A program made the position numbers and the translations under genes. Under the pieces are notes generated by a model. That model worked only from the letters and a program-made list of their open reading frames with translations. It was not told the origin of the DNA and searched no databases. DNA of 64,000 nucleotides from contig OZ218963.1 of the NCBI GenBank assembly GCA_965112735.1, forward strand, positions 2,542,001 through 2,606,000. The letters run 5' to 3'. The stretch is from Phaeosaccion multiseriatum. Lineage: Eukaryota; Protista; Ochrophyta, other classes. This document shows, piece after piece, positions 44,001-57,134 of the stretch; positions within the stretch are counted from its first letter, which is position 1, and every line of letters starts with the position of its first letter.

Positions 44001-45641
44001 TGTTGGAAGGCCTCAGATGAGATGGGCCATAAGTCAATGGCCCAGGCCCAGGCAGATACAGTGAGAACGGGTGGCGTGGCTCTCACTATCCTATGTGCGA
44101 AGGTGGTCGTTTAGGACTAGCATGCGATAAGTTAATAGAGGCAAGGCTGGCTGCTAGGCTGGCTTTGGGGTTGTAAAACGACGTGCGCACGACCGACATG
44201 CGCTGTCGCCTACAGATAGGATAGAACTAGACACACGGACAAGGTAACAGCAACCCCAAAGCCAGCCTAACAGCCAGCCTTGCCTCTATTAACTGCGAAG
44301 GTGGTCGTTTAGGACTAGCATGCAATAAGTTAATAGAGGCAAGGCTGGCTGCTAGGCTGGCTTTGGGGTTGCTGTTACCTTGTCCGTGTGTCTAGTTCTA
44401 TCCTATCTGTAGGCGACAGCGCATGTCGGTCGTGCGTACGTCGTTTTACAACCCCAAAGGCCCGAAAGCAGCACTTAGCCAAGAGGCTTAGGCAGGGAAG
44501 GAAGAGGCGTGTTAGGGGAGCACCGTGCGGCACATAAGCAGTGCCGTACGACGTGCGACAGCAGCGGAGTTGTTGTTGCACGGAGAGGCGGGAGTGGAGA
44601 TAGAATTGCCGGGAGTGGTGTCTACAGCGGGCACAGCTTTCGAGTGTGGCAGCAGCACGGATGTTGTTGTTGCACGGAAATGGATGCTGAAGGTTGGTGG
44701 GCAGTGGAGACAGAGAATTGCCGGGAGTGGTGTCTACAGCGGGCACAGCTTTCGAGTGTGGCAGCAGCACGGATGTTGTTGTTGCACGGAAATGGATGCT
44801 GGAGGTTGGTGGGCAGTGGAGACAGAGAATTGCTGGGAGTGGTGTCTTACAGCGGGCACGGCTTTCGAGTGTGGCAGCAGCACGGATGTTGTTGTTGCAC
44901 GGAAATGGATGCTGGAGGTTGGTGGGCAGTGGAGACAGAGAAGGATACTCGCAAGGCTGCTTTAGGGACTATCTGGGTGCCTTGTAGGCACACCAGTAAA
45001 CACTTTAGCAGTCAGCATTAGTGGTGCGCAACGAGGCTTTGGCAACGCTGGTGGCGAGTAGGAGTGGAGAAAGATATGGCGCGGGTGAGTTTGAGTCGTG
45101 GGATCTTCTCATCCGTGAACCTGTGTGGGTGAGTTTGAGTCGTGGGACTTTCTCATCAATACAGGGGGTGTGTGTGGGAGGAGCGGTCGCACACATCTGG
45201 GTGAGTGTTGCATAATGCTCATCCGTTTTCTTTTTTTGGAAGCAGCATGGAGGCTTGTGCGACAGTCGAGCTTCAGTAGGCGAATCCGCTTGTGTTGCGT
45301 GGGGACACGCAACAGTCTTGTCAAGGGGATGTTGGAAGTGGCGGATAGCTATTGGGGATGTTGGAAGGCCCCGGGATAGGCATTGGGGATGTTGGAAGGC
45401 CTCAGATGAGATGGGCCATAAGTCAATGGCCCAGGCCCAGGCAGATGCGGTGAGAACGGGTGGCGTGGCTCTCACTATCCTATGTGCGAAGGTGGTCGTT
45501 TAGGACTAGCATGCGATAAGTTAATAGAGGCAAGGCTGGCTGCTAGGCTGGCTTTGGGGTTGCTGTTACCTTGTCCGTGTGTCTAGTTCTATCCTATCTG
45601 TAGGCGACAGCGCATGTCGGTCGTGCGTACGTCGTTTTACA
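44001..45641 (+). mobile_element. Complete non-autonomous LTR element R1 (TRIM/LARD-like)
   Basis: TSD CGTC; 5' LTR 44001-44450 with an internal inverted duplication; 3' LTR 45390-45641; internal ~117-bp tandem repeats; no convincing ORF. Confidence 0.9.
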
Positions 45642-46962
45642 CGTCGAGGACGAGCATGGTCTTGAACTTCTTGTTCATCTGCGCAGTACTCACATTGCCA
45701 TGACCCAACTCGATCTCCAGGTGACTGCCTCTCAATACCTCGTTGGCAGTCACCGATCCATTGGCAGTTTTGTGTACCGTAGGCTCACAAGCCTCGATTA
45801 CGCCACCACCGCTGGCCACAAATGTGCGAGCCAAATGGCCTCCAATGACCATGCTCACGTCACTCCCACTGTCCCATAAGGCTTGGACCGACATTCGCAC
45901 ATCCGGGGCGTTGTCGTCCACGAGCGTCGCAGTCATGCGATCTCCCCTCATGTCAATGGCGACCGGGCCTGCCTCAGAGGCGCCCGCTGCCGGTGGGTCG
46001 AAAGAAGAGGATACGGCCTTCACCCCAGGGCGTCCCGTCTCCTTCTTCTTCTTCCACTCTGCCTCCTTCTCCGCCGCAATGCGCTTCTTATCCTCCTCAG
46101 AAGTAGTCGTGCATTCGTTGAGACGATGCGGCTCTCCACAGGACCAGCACTTGGGGGTGCGTCCACGTGGCTTGATGGGTCTGCCTTCCTGGTGTCGGGA
46201 AGCTGAGGCTGCTGCGTCCTTGTTGGTAGCTCTCTCGCTCGAAGCATCCTCCGCCCCTTGCTTGAGCCTCTTCAACTGATGCTCCCTCTGCTGCTGCTGC
46301 TTCCGCTTGCTGTGGCGTCCATTCTTCCCATTGCCATTTCCGTGGCCGTCGCTGGCGCTGGCTCCTCCTCCCGCTCGTTGCGGAAGGCCCGGAAGGAAAC
46401 TCTCAGCTGTGCCTCCCACGCGCTGAGCTGTGGCTCGAACCGTCAACCATAACTGAAGCTATCTCTCCACCATCTGTTCCCATTCCGTCCAGTTGTCTTC
46501 CCACTTGCCATCCGTCTTTCGCCCTTCCCTGTCCCGAATGATTGCTAGAAGCTTGCTGTCGAATCGCTTGATGATGCTGCGACGTACCATCTGCACCTTC
46601 TTTGCTGCTGCAGGGGATATCGGGAGGCCAACCCTAAGGTGGCCAGCTCCTCCTGGGAGGTGCAAGACGGACGCTCCAATGGCGTTCTTCATGATCAGCA
46701 AATTCAATGCCGACCATGCATGGCGAACCTCCTCCATCTGTCCTTGCACCTCCGGGTGGTACTTGATGGAGATGGTGGCCGCCCAAGTCTCCAGCGTGTC
46801 GCCGCTGGCTCCCTCCAGTGTGCGCTGCCTTGCAACAACGAACTCATTGAGCCAATTGAGAACGTCATTTTGCCCAATCTCGTCCATTCCCTTCCCACAG
46901 TCCAGAGCACACTGGTTGCGCAGCACGGGGCTTAGGAGGGATGATAACGGCAGTACCTCATC

Positions 46963-47368
46963 TGTTGGAAATACCAAGCCAACTGTGAACTACAGGGTTC
47001 CGACAGATACATGGCCTGCAACTTGCAGTCAATCATGCCACGCTTATCTTCCCCCCTCGGGGACTAGGAGCACAACTAGTGCTCACAACCAGATAAACAG
47101 ACAAGAATAGGACATTTAACATCCCTTTATCTGCCGCAAGTATCGTCAACATGGATCGAGGTAAGGTTGCACTATCGAGTGTCGCCCTGCCCTCTTCGGT
47201 TCCATTGCTTGCCCTCTGTTTGTCATTCGCCTCGTCCACTGGCGTCTTACGAGCCTCAAGCTCACCACTGCCGTACGCTGTCAACTGACCGTACGCACAT
47301 CACATCTATCTACCCACTTCTCCTTCGCATCATCTACATCCAGCGACGGAGATCAGGCCCATTCAACA
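46963..47368 (+). mobile_element. Solo LTR (copia-type)
   Basis: TGTTGG...TCAACA, 5-bp TSD TCATC; homologous to 48056-48492. Confidence 0.9.
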
Positions 47369-47872
47369 TCATCGGCTTTATTGGCGGCCATTTTCTGGGC
47401 CTGCCTCGCCTTGTAGTAGACATGAAGAAATTCCTCCACGGATACCACCTGACGCGCTCCCGATAGTGTAGGCCACTCTCCCTTGAGCGTGTATCCATTA
47501 TCCGACATGATGCTGTTGGCTGGTCTCCGAAGTAGTGAGCTAACGCTGATCCCCTCGAAGAAATGTGCCGTCGTTTTTCTTTCCTTTCCAAAGCTTTAAT
47601 AAAGCGAGAACTAGTTCTGTGCTAAGCTGAGATAGTAAAGACGTTCAGGGGTTTGGACCAAGTATATGCTGCGCTTATGGTGGGGCGTCAGTGTCCGTAT
47701 TGATAATATATCTCTACTACTCGCTGATGCAAAGCTTGTGCCCACAAAGAGGAGGGTGAAACGCCAGAGCCGTTGATCCCCCTCGGGGCGTGCCTAGGAA
47801 ACCGACATTCTTATTATACCCCAGAATGTATGACCGGAAACCCTTAGGCAGGACAATCTACAATCTACCACA

Positions 47873-48492
47873 AACAGCGGTCAAGGGCCACTTCATCCAA
47901 GACCAAATCGCCCAAGGCAACATCTCTGTGGAGGAGATCGCCGACATCTTCACGAAGGCCGTGCCAATCGCGCGCTTTCGATACCTTCGCGACTTCATCG
48001 TCGCCTAGGATCGCTTTCCACACTCCTTACCTTCCGCGCACAAAGCGAGGGGGCGTGTTGGAAATACCAAGCCAACTGTGAACTACAGGGTTCCGATTCT
48101 GTGGACGCGCCTTCTGCGACCACACTGTGATGACATGGCCTGCAACTTGCAGTCAATCATGCCACGCTTCTCTTCCCCCCTCGGGGACTAGGAGCACAAC
48201 TAGTGCTCACAACCAGATAAACAGAAAAGAATAGGACATTTAACATCCCTTTATCTGCCGCAAGTATCAACAACATGGATCGAGGGAAGGGTGCACTATC
48301 GAGTGTCGCCCTGCCCTCTTCGGTTCCATTGCTTGCCCTCTGTTTGTCATTCGCCTCGTCCACTGGCGTCTTACGAGCCTCAAGCTCACCACTGCTGTAC
48401 GCTGTCAACTGACCGTACACACATCACATCTATCTACCTACTTCTCCTTCGCATCATCTACATCCAGCGACGGAGCTCAGGCCCATTCAACA
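47873..48492 (+). mobile_element. Copia 3' fragment: RNase H end + PPT + LTR
   Basis: HFIQD..IADIFTK; GAGGGGGCG PPT; LTR 48056-48492. Confidence 0.85.
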
Positions 48493-48739
48493 ATTTCCGT
48501 GCAACAACAACATCCGTGCTGCTGCCACACTCGAAAGCCGTGCCCGCTGTAAGACACCGCTCCCGGCAATTCTCTCTCTCCACTGCCCACCAACCTTCAG
48601 CACCCATTTCCGTGCAACAACAACATCCGTGCTGCTGCCACACTCGAAAGCCGTGCCCGCTGTAAGACACCGCTCCCGGCAATTCTCTCTTTACTCCCGC
48701 CTCTCCGTGCAACAACAACTCTGCTGCTGTCGCACGTTG

Positions 48740-51700
48740 TGTTGGGATATCTCCCTCTCTGGAGACTAGCGTCGTACTTGCACGGGTTGTGGGAAAGCGT
48801 CTTATTAACTCATTACCAAATCAAGGGAGTGATCGGATATGTACCGGCGATATAGAGATCGATATCCAGTGTCGACATCGATTTATCTCAACACAAGTCC
48901 TCGCCCGGTACTGTCCTATCACAAAACTACGCCTGAAAACCCATCATCTTCTTACGTAAAGCTACAAGTATCGTCGGGGTCACGTGCTTCGTCAAAATAT
49001 CAGCCAACTGCGCCTTCGAAGCCACGTACTCGAACACAACGAGCTCATCCTTCACCGCATCTTGCAGAAAGTGAAACCGAACATCAATGTGCTTCATCCT
49101 CCGCGTCGAAGCATTGCTCTCCGTCAGCTTAATGCACCCCACGTTGTCCTCAAAAACAACCGTCGCCTTCGACGAGTCATCAGGGAACAAGAAACTCAAT
49201 ACTTGCCTAATATATAATATCTCCTTCACACAGTCGCTGGCCGCCATGTACTCACTCTCCAGTGAAGACATTGCCACACTCAGCTGCAATCGCACACCCC
49301 AAGTGATAGCCGCACCTCCGTACATCAAAGCGTAACCAGTCGAACTCCTGCGAGTGTCAACACATGCAGCGTAATTCGCGTCTGCATAAGCTTCCAAAAC
49401 ACACTCGCCCTTGCCAAACACCAAGGCAAAATCCACAGTACCCTTCAGGTACCCAAACACACGCATAGCCTGCTTCCAATGCTCAGGGCCGGGGTTCTTC
49501 ATATACCTCGACAACTCTCGAACAGCATAAGCAATATCAGGCCTTGTCCAATTGGAAATCCACATCAACACGCCCTCCACACCGGGGTAGTCCTTGTCAG
49601 TCATAAAAGCCACATCAGCTGCAGACGAAGGCTCCATCGTCTTGCTGAGCGCTGTGCCAGACACACCGGGTGTCGAGTAAACTCGAGCAGACTCCAATCC
49701 AAACTTCACTATCATCTTCTTGATGTAGTGCTCCAATGTCAATGTGACAGTGCCAACGCTCCGTTGAAACACAACGCGCACTCCCAAAAACTGATCAACA
49801 TTGGGCCCAAGTCTCTTCAAAGAGAACTTGTTGTCCAGCTCAGTAAAGAGCCAGTCCACCACCTCCTGCTTTCCGCCGCAGGACAAATCATCAACAAATA
49901 CAATGAGGATACCAATAAGCTCCCCATCCTTCCACAATGCAAACAGACACGACTCAGCACCGCACTGTTGCCATCCAAGCTCACGTAGAAACTTCACTAA
50001 TGTCTGATACCACCGCCTCGGTGATTGATGTAGACCATAGAGTGCCATCAGCAAGCGCATGACTTTGCCCTTACGCAGAAAACCCGGGGGCGGCAACACA
50101 TACACCACCTCATGCTCTTGTAGAGGGGCATGCAGAAAAGCTTGGTCCACATCAGCAAACTCACACACAAAGCCAGACGTCTTCATCTTGTCAACCACAA
50201 TGGAGAAGAACAAACGTACCACAGGCGCTGCAATCACTGGGGCAAAACAGTCAAAGAAATCAACTCCCTCAGTCTGAGTGTGACCTCCAACCACTAATCG
50301 AGCCTTCAGCTTCGTCACATTGTCGAGATGATCACTCTTCACCTTAAACACAAAGTGAGAGCGTACCGGTCGCACATTCAAAGGTTGATCCACCACCTCC
50401 CAAGAGTTGCGTGCTTCAAGTCCACCCCATTCACTCAACATAGCTGCAGCCCAATCATCAGCAAACTTGCCAGTCAATGCCTCATGTCGATTCTTTGGAG
50501 TAGGTATCTCAGACATCTTCATACCTGGAGCTATAGACAGTAGCGCGTGCAGAGTCGCTGATTGTCACTGTCCCTTCCGCTGCGGTTTGGTGGCACGGCG
50601 CGAGCGTCCACCACGACCAAAATCCTGAGTCTCCAGCTGGTCCCAGAGCACCTCCTTGTGCCCATGTTCTTGGTCAGACCATTCCCAACCGGGTCGGGGC
50701 ACGGCACTCTTCTGCTGCTGCTGCTGGGCCGATCCTTTCGCCTTTAGCTCGTGCTGTTGCTCTTTCTCCTGCTGTTGCTGCGTCGCCTCCAAGGCACTGC
50801 GCTGATTCCCCTGCTGCACACGCTGCCGTGTATCCGTAAGACTCTCTCCAGTAAGCTCATCTGCCTCCACGTCCAAATCCATCGCAGAAAAATCGAACAA
50901 ATCGAATTTTGTCACCGCGATTTCCGTTTCGTTGACATCGACGAGATAAATCAATGTCGACAGTCATTGCAATACCATACTCCTGCAAAAGCAGGCGGTA
51001 CTGCAGCATCTCCTTGTACAGCTGAGTGGGGGGGCGCTTATCCGTGATACGCAGGTCCAAGTACTCCTTCTGGAGACGATTAGCGGTCGAAGCTTCCCCC
51101 TTTCCGATCAGACGGTCCCGAGCATGCTTGAAGATGTCCTGCAGAGTCCCTCCGTTGCGGGCAACCTCCTGTAGTGCCTCCTGCACAGGCTTGCTCCCGA
51201 AAGACTTGATGACCTTCTGCACCACTTGAGAAAAGAGGTAATACACGTTGCTCAAGTTGTCGTCGAGCTCTGCCATGGCAAGCGTAGGTACCATCGACGG
51301 GTTGTCCAGCATGTACCGTAGGCTGAGGCTGCTCAACACAGTACCCCACTCATCTTCATGCCGACGGAAGCTCAAGGCCGTGGGTTTATCACCTCGGAGC
51401 TCGAACTTAGCTCCACCATGCAGAGCCGACTGCCGCATCTGAGTCCACTTGCTAGTGGCATGACCATGGGCCTTCCGTTGCAGATCAAGTAAGTCCTCCT
51501 CTTGTGCACCGCCGGCCAAGACAGCACCAGCAGCACCACCTGTGTCAGACACAGGTCCAACACCGAGAGCAGAGGCCTTCACACCAGGAGGCTCGTCGCT
51601 CTCACGCCCAGCCATTGCTGAGCGCACGACAGGGACAGCTCGGCCCCCATCTCCAGTGAAATCCGGTGAACGAACCTCATCATCACCAGACTCATCAGCC

Positions 51701-52482
51701 TCAGAGCTAAAAGCTACTGAGCGCTGCTTCTTCTCCTCCTCCTCGTCAGCAACCCTAGCACGCAAAAGAGCCAACCGCACAGCTTGTCGAGACGCATCGT
51801 CTAGACGCGGGTGAGTCAGCAGCGTATCCACCGAGGAACGACCAGTCACCGAGGAGTGACTTGTTGCTGCAGGAGTAGAAATCCTTCCTGGCATGACAGG
51901 CGAAAATGCCCTGCCACCACCACTTCCCCTGCGAGGAGGAGTGTCATACTCCGCTGCTGCTCGCGGGGGGTTATCAGTCACGGGCCCCATACGGGCGCCG
52001 CTCAATCCATGAAGATGGAGCTGGGAATAATCCATCCTAGACTGCCTACGCAAGTCATAGGTGCGGCGCGGAGGAGCCGTTTCACTCTGTAGCCCCCCCC
52101 GCCTTAATTCCTCCTTCTCCTGTCTCTTCTTCTCCTCCGTAAGCTGAATCTGCCATAACTTACGAATTGCGTCCTGCCTCGAGAGCTGTCGGTCCGCCAT
52201 GATCAACGTGGCGCGACAAACCAGTGCCCGAGTATCTGGTACCAAAGACCGTTCTACCGTTTCATCCTCCCGTGTTTTACGACACCTGCTGCACTAGTGA
52301 TCACTAGATTTCACCACGACAATTGTCGTGTTGGGATATCTCCCTCTCTGGAGACTAGCGTCGTACTTGCACGGGTTGTGGGAAAGCGTCTTATTAACTC
52401 ATTACCAAATCAAGGGAGTGATCGGATATGTACCGGCGACATAGAGATCGATATCCAGTGTCGACATCGATTTATCTCAACA
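48740..52482 (-). mobile_element. Ty1/copia element, internally deleted (gag + RT/RNase H; no protease or integrase seen)
   Basis: 154-bp LTRs at 48740-48893 and 52329-52482 differing at one position; TSD CGTTG; KARLV, LYGLHQSP, VFVDD, ADILTK. Confidence 0.93.
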
Positions 52483-52485
52483 CGT

Positions 52486-52568
52486 TGTTACGATATAAGG
52501 CATCCCAATATGCCTTCACAACGTTTGGATAATACTGAAGGCATATTGGGATGCCTTATACCGTAACA
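52486..52568. mobile_element. 83-bp MITE-like hairpin
   Basis: TGTTACG...CGTAACA with ~33-bp arms; TSD CACGT (left copy at 48733-48737). The copia inserted 2 bp inside its end. Confidence 0.75.
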
Positions 52569-52584
52569 CACGTCGTACGGCACT

Positions 52585-52935
52585 TGTAAGAATGCATCCT
52601 TTTGCTAGGCTGGCAGCTATCCACTGAATATTCACGGGGGTAGCTGCCAGCCTAGCAAAAGGATGCCTTCTTACATGCCTGTCAGTTAAGATCGATCCTT
52701 CCCCCCCTCCGAAAAACCAAGGGTACTTAAAGAAAACGAACACACAAAACCCTCCGAAAGGATGCCTTCTTACATGCCCAGAAGGGGTTCGATTCTGTGG
52801 ATGATGAGAAAATTTCAGAGGGCGAAAGTTGGGTATGACACTGAAATCCACGGCAAGGTTTTCGGAGGTTTTCAGCTACCCCCGTGAATATATCAGTGGA
52901 TAGCTGCCAGCCTAGCAAAAGGATGCCTTCTTACA
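52585..52935. mobile_element. Hairpin-ended element R3, second copy (a partial third copy lies at ~53190-53368)
   Basis: TGTAAGAA...TTCTTACA ends, TSD CACT. Confidence 0.88.
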
Positions 52936-53741
52936 CACTGCTTATGTGCCGCACGGTGCTCCCCTAACTTCTCTCTTGCTTCCCTGCCTAAGCCTCTTGG
53001 CTAAGTGCTGCTTTCGGGCCTTTGGGGTTGTAAAACGACGTACGCACGACCGACATGCGCTGTCGCCTACAGATAGGATGGAACTAGACACACGGACAAG
53101 GTAACAGCAACCCCAAAGCCAGCCTAGCAGCCAGCCTTGCCTCTATTACTTATCGCATGCTAGTCCTAAACGACCACCTTCGCACACAGTAAACGGGCTC
53201 GGTGTGGGAGAAATCCTGGGTAGTTACCCCCCCAAGGTTTCAGAGGGGGGGGAAGGATCGACCTTAACTGACAGGAATGTAAGAAGGCATCCTTTTGCTA
53301 GGCTGACAGCTGCCCCCGTGAAATTTCAGTGGATGGCTGTCAGCCTAGCAAAAGGATGCCTTCTTACAAAAGAGTCACGTTGCTCTCCAGCTAGGATAGG
53401 AGTAGCCGCATGGGCAAGGCAACAGCAACCCCAAAGCCAGCCTGGCAGCCAGCCTTGTCTCTTTTAGCTTTATCCGTGAGCCATCCTAAACGACCAACCT
53501 GCTGGGAGGTGAGTGAGAAACGGGCCACGCACCGTTTCTCACCGTATTTGCCTGGGCCTGGGCCATTGACATAATACTGACTTTCAACAGAGAGCTATCT
53601 ACTTGGTCTTATCGGGTTCAGGAGTGCGGAGGGGCCAAACAGGCCCCAAAAAGGCCGCATCCCACATCATTGACTTACTGTCCTGCCTACCTAATGATAC
53701 GTAATTGAGCCTGTCCCAGCTCCACCCCAATTCAGTCGCGT

Positions 53742-55290
53742 TCAAGACAGTTGAAGCATTTTCAACAAAACCTGGATACTTGCAAGTTCCACGTTTTTGC
53801 CGTCCTGCCCTTCACATATGTAGTGGTGTGTGTCACAAGACTCTTCGAACCTGGGCGACGTGATGGCAAAAGAAGGTAGGATCCGCACCAGTGGGAGTTG
53901 ATCCGCTACCTGGCTTCTGACATACTCTGCCGCCCGTCCCAACTTGACATTTGTTCTGTATTCCCGGGCCTGGAACGCATCGCGCCGATACGAAAAGCTG
54001 GGGGCCGTTCGTACCACTATCCGACTCTGCGCATGCAGCTCTAGGGTTTTGATCAAACTCACCAATACATCGAACCACCTCATGTATTCCTTCCTCTGCA
54101 GAGGTGTCACGCAGGTCCCAGTGACCTGCCTCTACAATGATCCAAGGGGCGTCATCGTCCCGAAAGAGCCCTGCTTCCTTCCGCACTTCCTCTTGTTGGA
54201 TGACTTCAACGAATCGGCCGATGACACCATGTTTCGTATCCTCGTAGTCGACTCTTGGGGCTGACTTATTGCAAGATGTGTAGTCCACCGGTACAACTAC
54301 CCCTGTGTGGTCGGTCCAACCCGTGCCAGATCGGTACACCACATTCAAGTCGGTGTTCTTGTTCAGGAATGCGGCTATAGCGCGCTGATGTGAGTCCCCG
54401 ATAAAAATTAGAGTTGCATTGCTATTACTGGAGTTGCTGGACTTGTATGGAAACCGGACGTTTTCTATCTGGCAAGACCACGGCTGCCAGGAAAGTCCGT
54501 CCTGATCCTCAAAAATGGCACCCCCCCTACCACTCTTCGTGCCGCCGTTGGGACTTTGCCGCACCCATCGCCCTTTACCCCCACTTTTGGCCAGCTCCAT
54601 ACTTGAGCAGGGGGGAGTTTCACTCGTGGTGTTGCTACCCGTGATGTGTATATTTGGGACGGAGAAAACAGTCCCGATGGGAGGAAGGGCACACCTTGAG
54701 GGAGGAGCTTGTAGAGCCAATGACATACTCTCGTACATGACGACTCCCTCCAGGCTGTATTCCCCCTCTTCTCGCGTAAAGCATCCCACTCGGTACGACG
54801 CGATCACAACCTTGCCTTCTGTTGCGACGAAGTCAGTCACTGAGCAGTCGAGCAGAGCTGGGCCTCGCAGTCTAAAGTGCACCACTGGGGCTACGATTTC
54901 CCCCTCCAAACTATGCGCTGACGTCGATTCTATTATGGTGTCACACTGCAGCAAACACTCGGTCCCAGCTTCACAGTTGCCTCCGCCATCTAAATGTGAT
55001 GGCTCTGCGTCTCCTACAGACTGGCGGCACACAAAAAACCTCTGCTGCACACGCTGAGGGCTCGCTCGAAAAGCGGGCCAGTCGGCCCTTACCGTCGTCC
55101 CAACGCGGATAGCTTGTCCCCACTTGATGCCTCTCCATCCTTTTTCTAGGGAAATAATGTCATCGCTGTGACTCTGTCCGGTAGCCGATTGCATTGTGAG
55201 GTGAGAAGAAAGCAGAAGCACGACTGCAAACAGCATCCTGTAGCTTAAAAGCATCTTGCGTGGTCTCGTGGGGATGCGTGCTTGGTGCAT
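53742..55290 (-). pseudogene. SGNH/GDS-DxxH (PC-esterase/TBL-like) polysaccharide acyltransferase/esterase, frameshifted
   Basis: N-terminal hydrophobic segment, WQPWSC, FIGDSH, GHWD and DTHHY. A 4-nt duplication at 54087-54094 splits the frame. Confidence 0.7.
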
Positions 55291-55400
55291 TTTTAAGCTT
55301 GATTTTAGGCATGTCCCGCCCTTTTTTTTTTTTTTTTTTTTTTTGAGTTTTTTATATTTTTTTAGTGGTATCGATATTTAGTGCGACAGTGTTGTAAAGT

Positions 55401-56335
<935 letters not shown>

Positions 56336-56339
56336 AGCG

Positions 56340-56799
56340 ATTCTCATGACCTGCGTGTGCGGCATGAGGAGACAGACTACTTGTGTGGGTCTCGAGGTCC
56401 CCGACCGGGGCCCGTGACTGGAGTCCCCAGGCGAGCAGCAGTGGCGTGTGATACCCCTTTTCGCAGCGGAGCGGTGGCAGGGCATCCACGCGTGCCACGT
56501 ATAGCGGAATGAGGGCTACGGCAGTGGGCAGTTGTCCTATTCGCAGTGTGAGCGGTGGCAGGGCATTCACGCCTGCCATGTCTGATGAAACGAGGGCTAC
56601 TGCAGTGGGCAGTAGTCCTACTGTGAAATCGAATCGAATGATCACGTCCAACCCTGCGTTGGATGATGCGTCTCGTCAGGCCGTCGCAGCGGCAATGTTC
56701 CACACAATCGTTGCTGAGGAGAAGAAATCAGCAGCATTAGCAGCAGCATTGTCAGAGGAGGCCGTTGTTGAGGTGGAGCGATCAGCAGCATTGGATCAG
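56340..56799 (+). mobile_element. Degenerate copia gag remnant
   Basis: NPALDDASRQAV matches HPRLDDASRQAV in the gag at 50857-52245. Confidence 0.55.
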
Positions 56800-57076
56800 T
56801 GTGGAGGAGGTAGGCAGGACAGTAAGTCAATGATGTGGGACGCGGCCTTTTTGGGGCCTGGTTGGCCCCTCTGCACTCCTGAACCCGTAAAGACCAATTG
56901 GATTGCTTCCTTAAAACAAGGGAGCTGTCCAGGGTCTTAGGGTGGGAAAGCCCTAGTTATTAATACACTTGGTGCCAGCATTGGACTCTTCTCTCTCCCC
57001 TCTTGGGCCCGGAACGGAGCGCTCAGCTTGGGGGTGCCTCCCTCCTCTTAATAGAGGGAGGTACCGGCCCCACATA

Positions 57077-57134
57077 TGGCGTGTCGGAGAGACTCGAACT
57101 CTCGCGTGCAGAGCACAATCACTTAGCAAGCGAT
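57077..57134 (-). tRNA. Captured 3' fragment of tRNA-Ser(GCT) including CCA (not a gene; extended PBS)
   Basis: Reverse complement ATCGC-TTGCTAA-GTGAT-TGTGCTCTGCAC-GCGAGAGTTCGAGTCTCTC-CGACACG-CCA: anticodon arm, long variable arm, T arm, acceptor strand. Confidence 0.8.

Larger units (their letters stand above)
38534..47872 (-). mobile_element. Ty3/gypsy chromovirus-like family B, disrupted by five insertions
   Basis: LTR-like direct repeats at 38534-~38722 and 47676-47872; gag zinc knuckle CWSCGEPHRLNEC; protease LWDSGS; RT (PQGAKNS, YIDN); RNase H (DASD, CDHRN); integrase (SDRGSHF, GER); chromodomain (VIVKWRGF..SEEP). Confidence 0.88.
37891..53186 (-). mobile_element. Non-autonomous LTR element R1 (252-bp LTR), split by nested insertions
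   Basis: 3' LTR at 37891-38142; internal pieces at 38143-38533, 48493-48739, 52569-52584 and 52936-53028; partial 5' LTR at 53029-53186. All match the copy at 44001-45641. Confidence 0.8.

Noticed and set aside
57077-57134. Functional tRNA gene
   Set aside because: Lacks the 5' acceptor strand and D arm, has an encoded CCA and sits at the PBS position.
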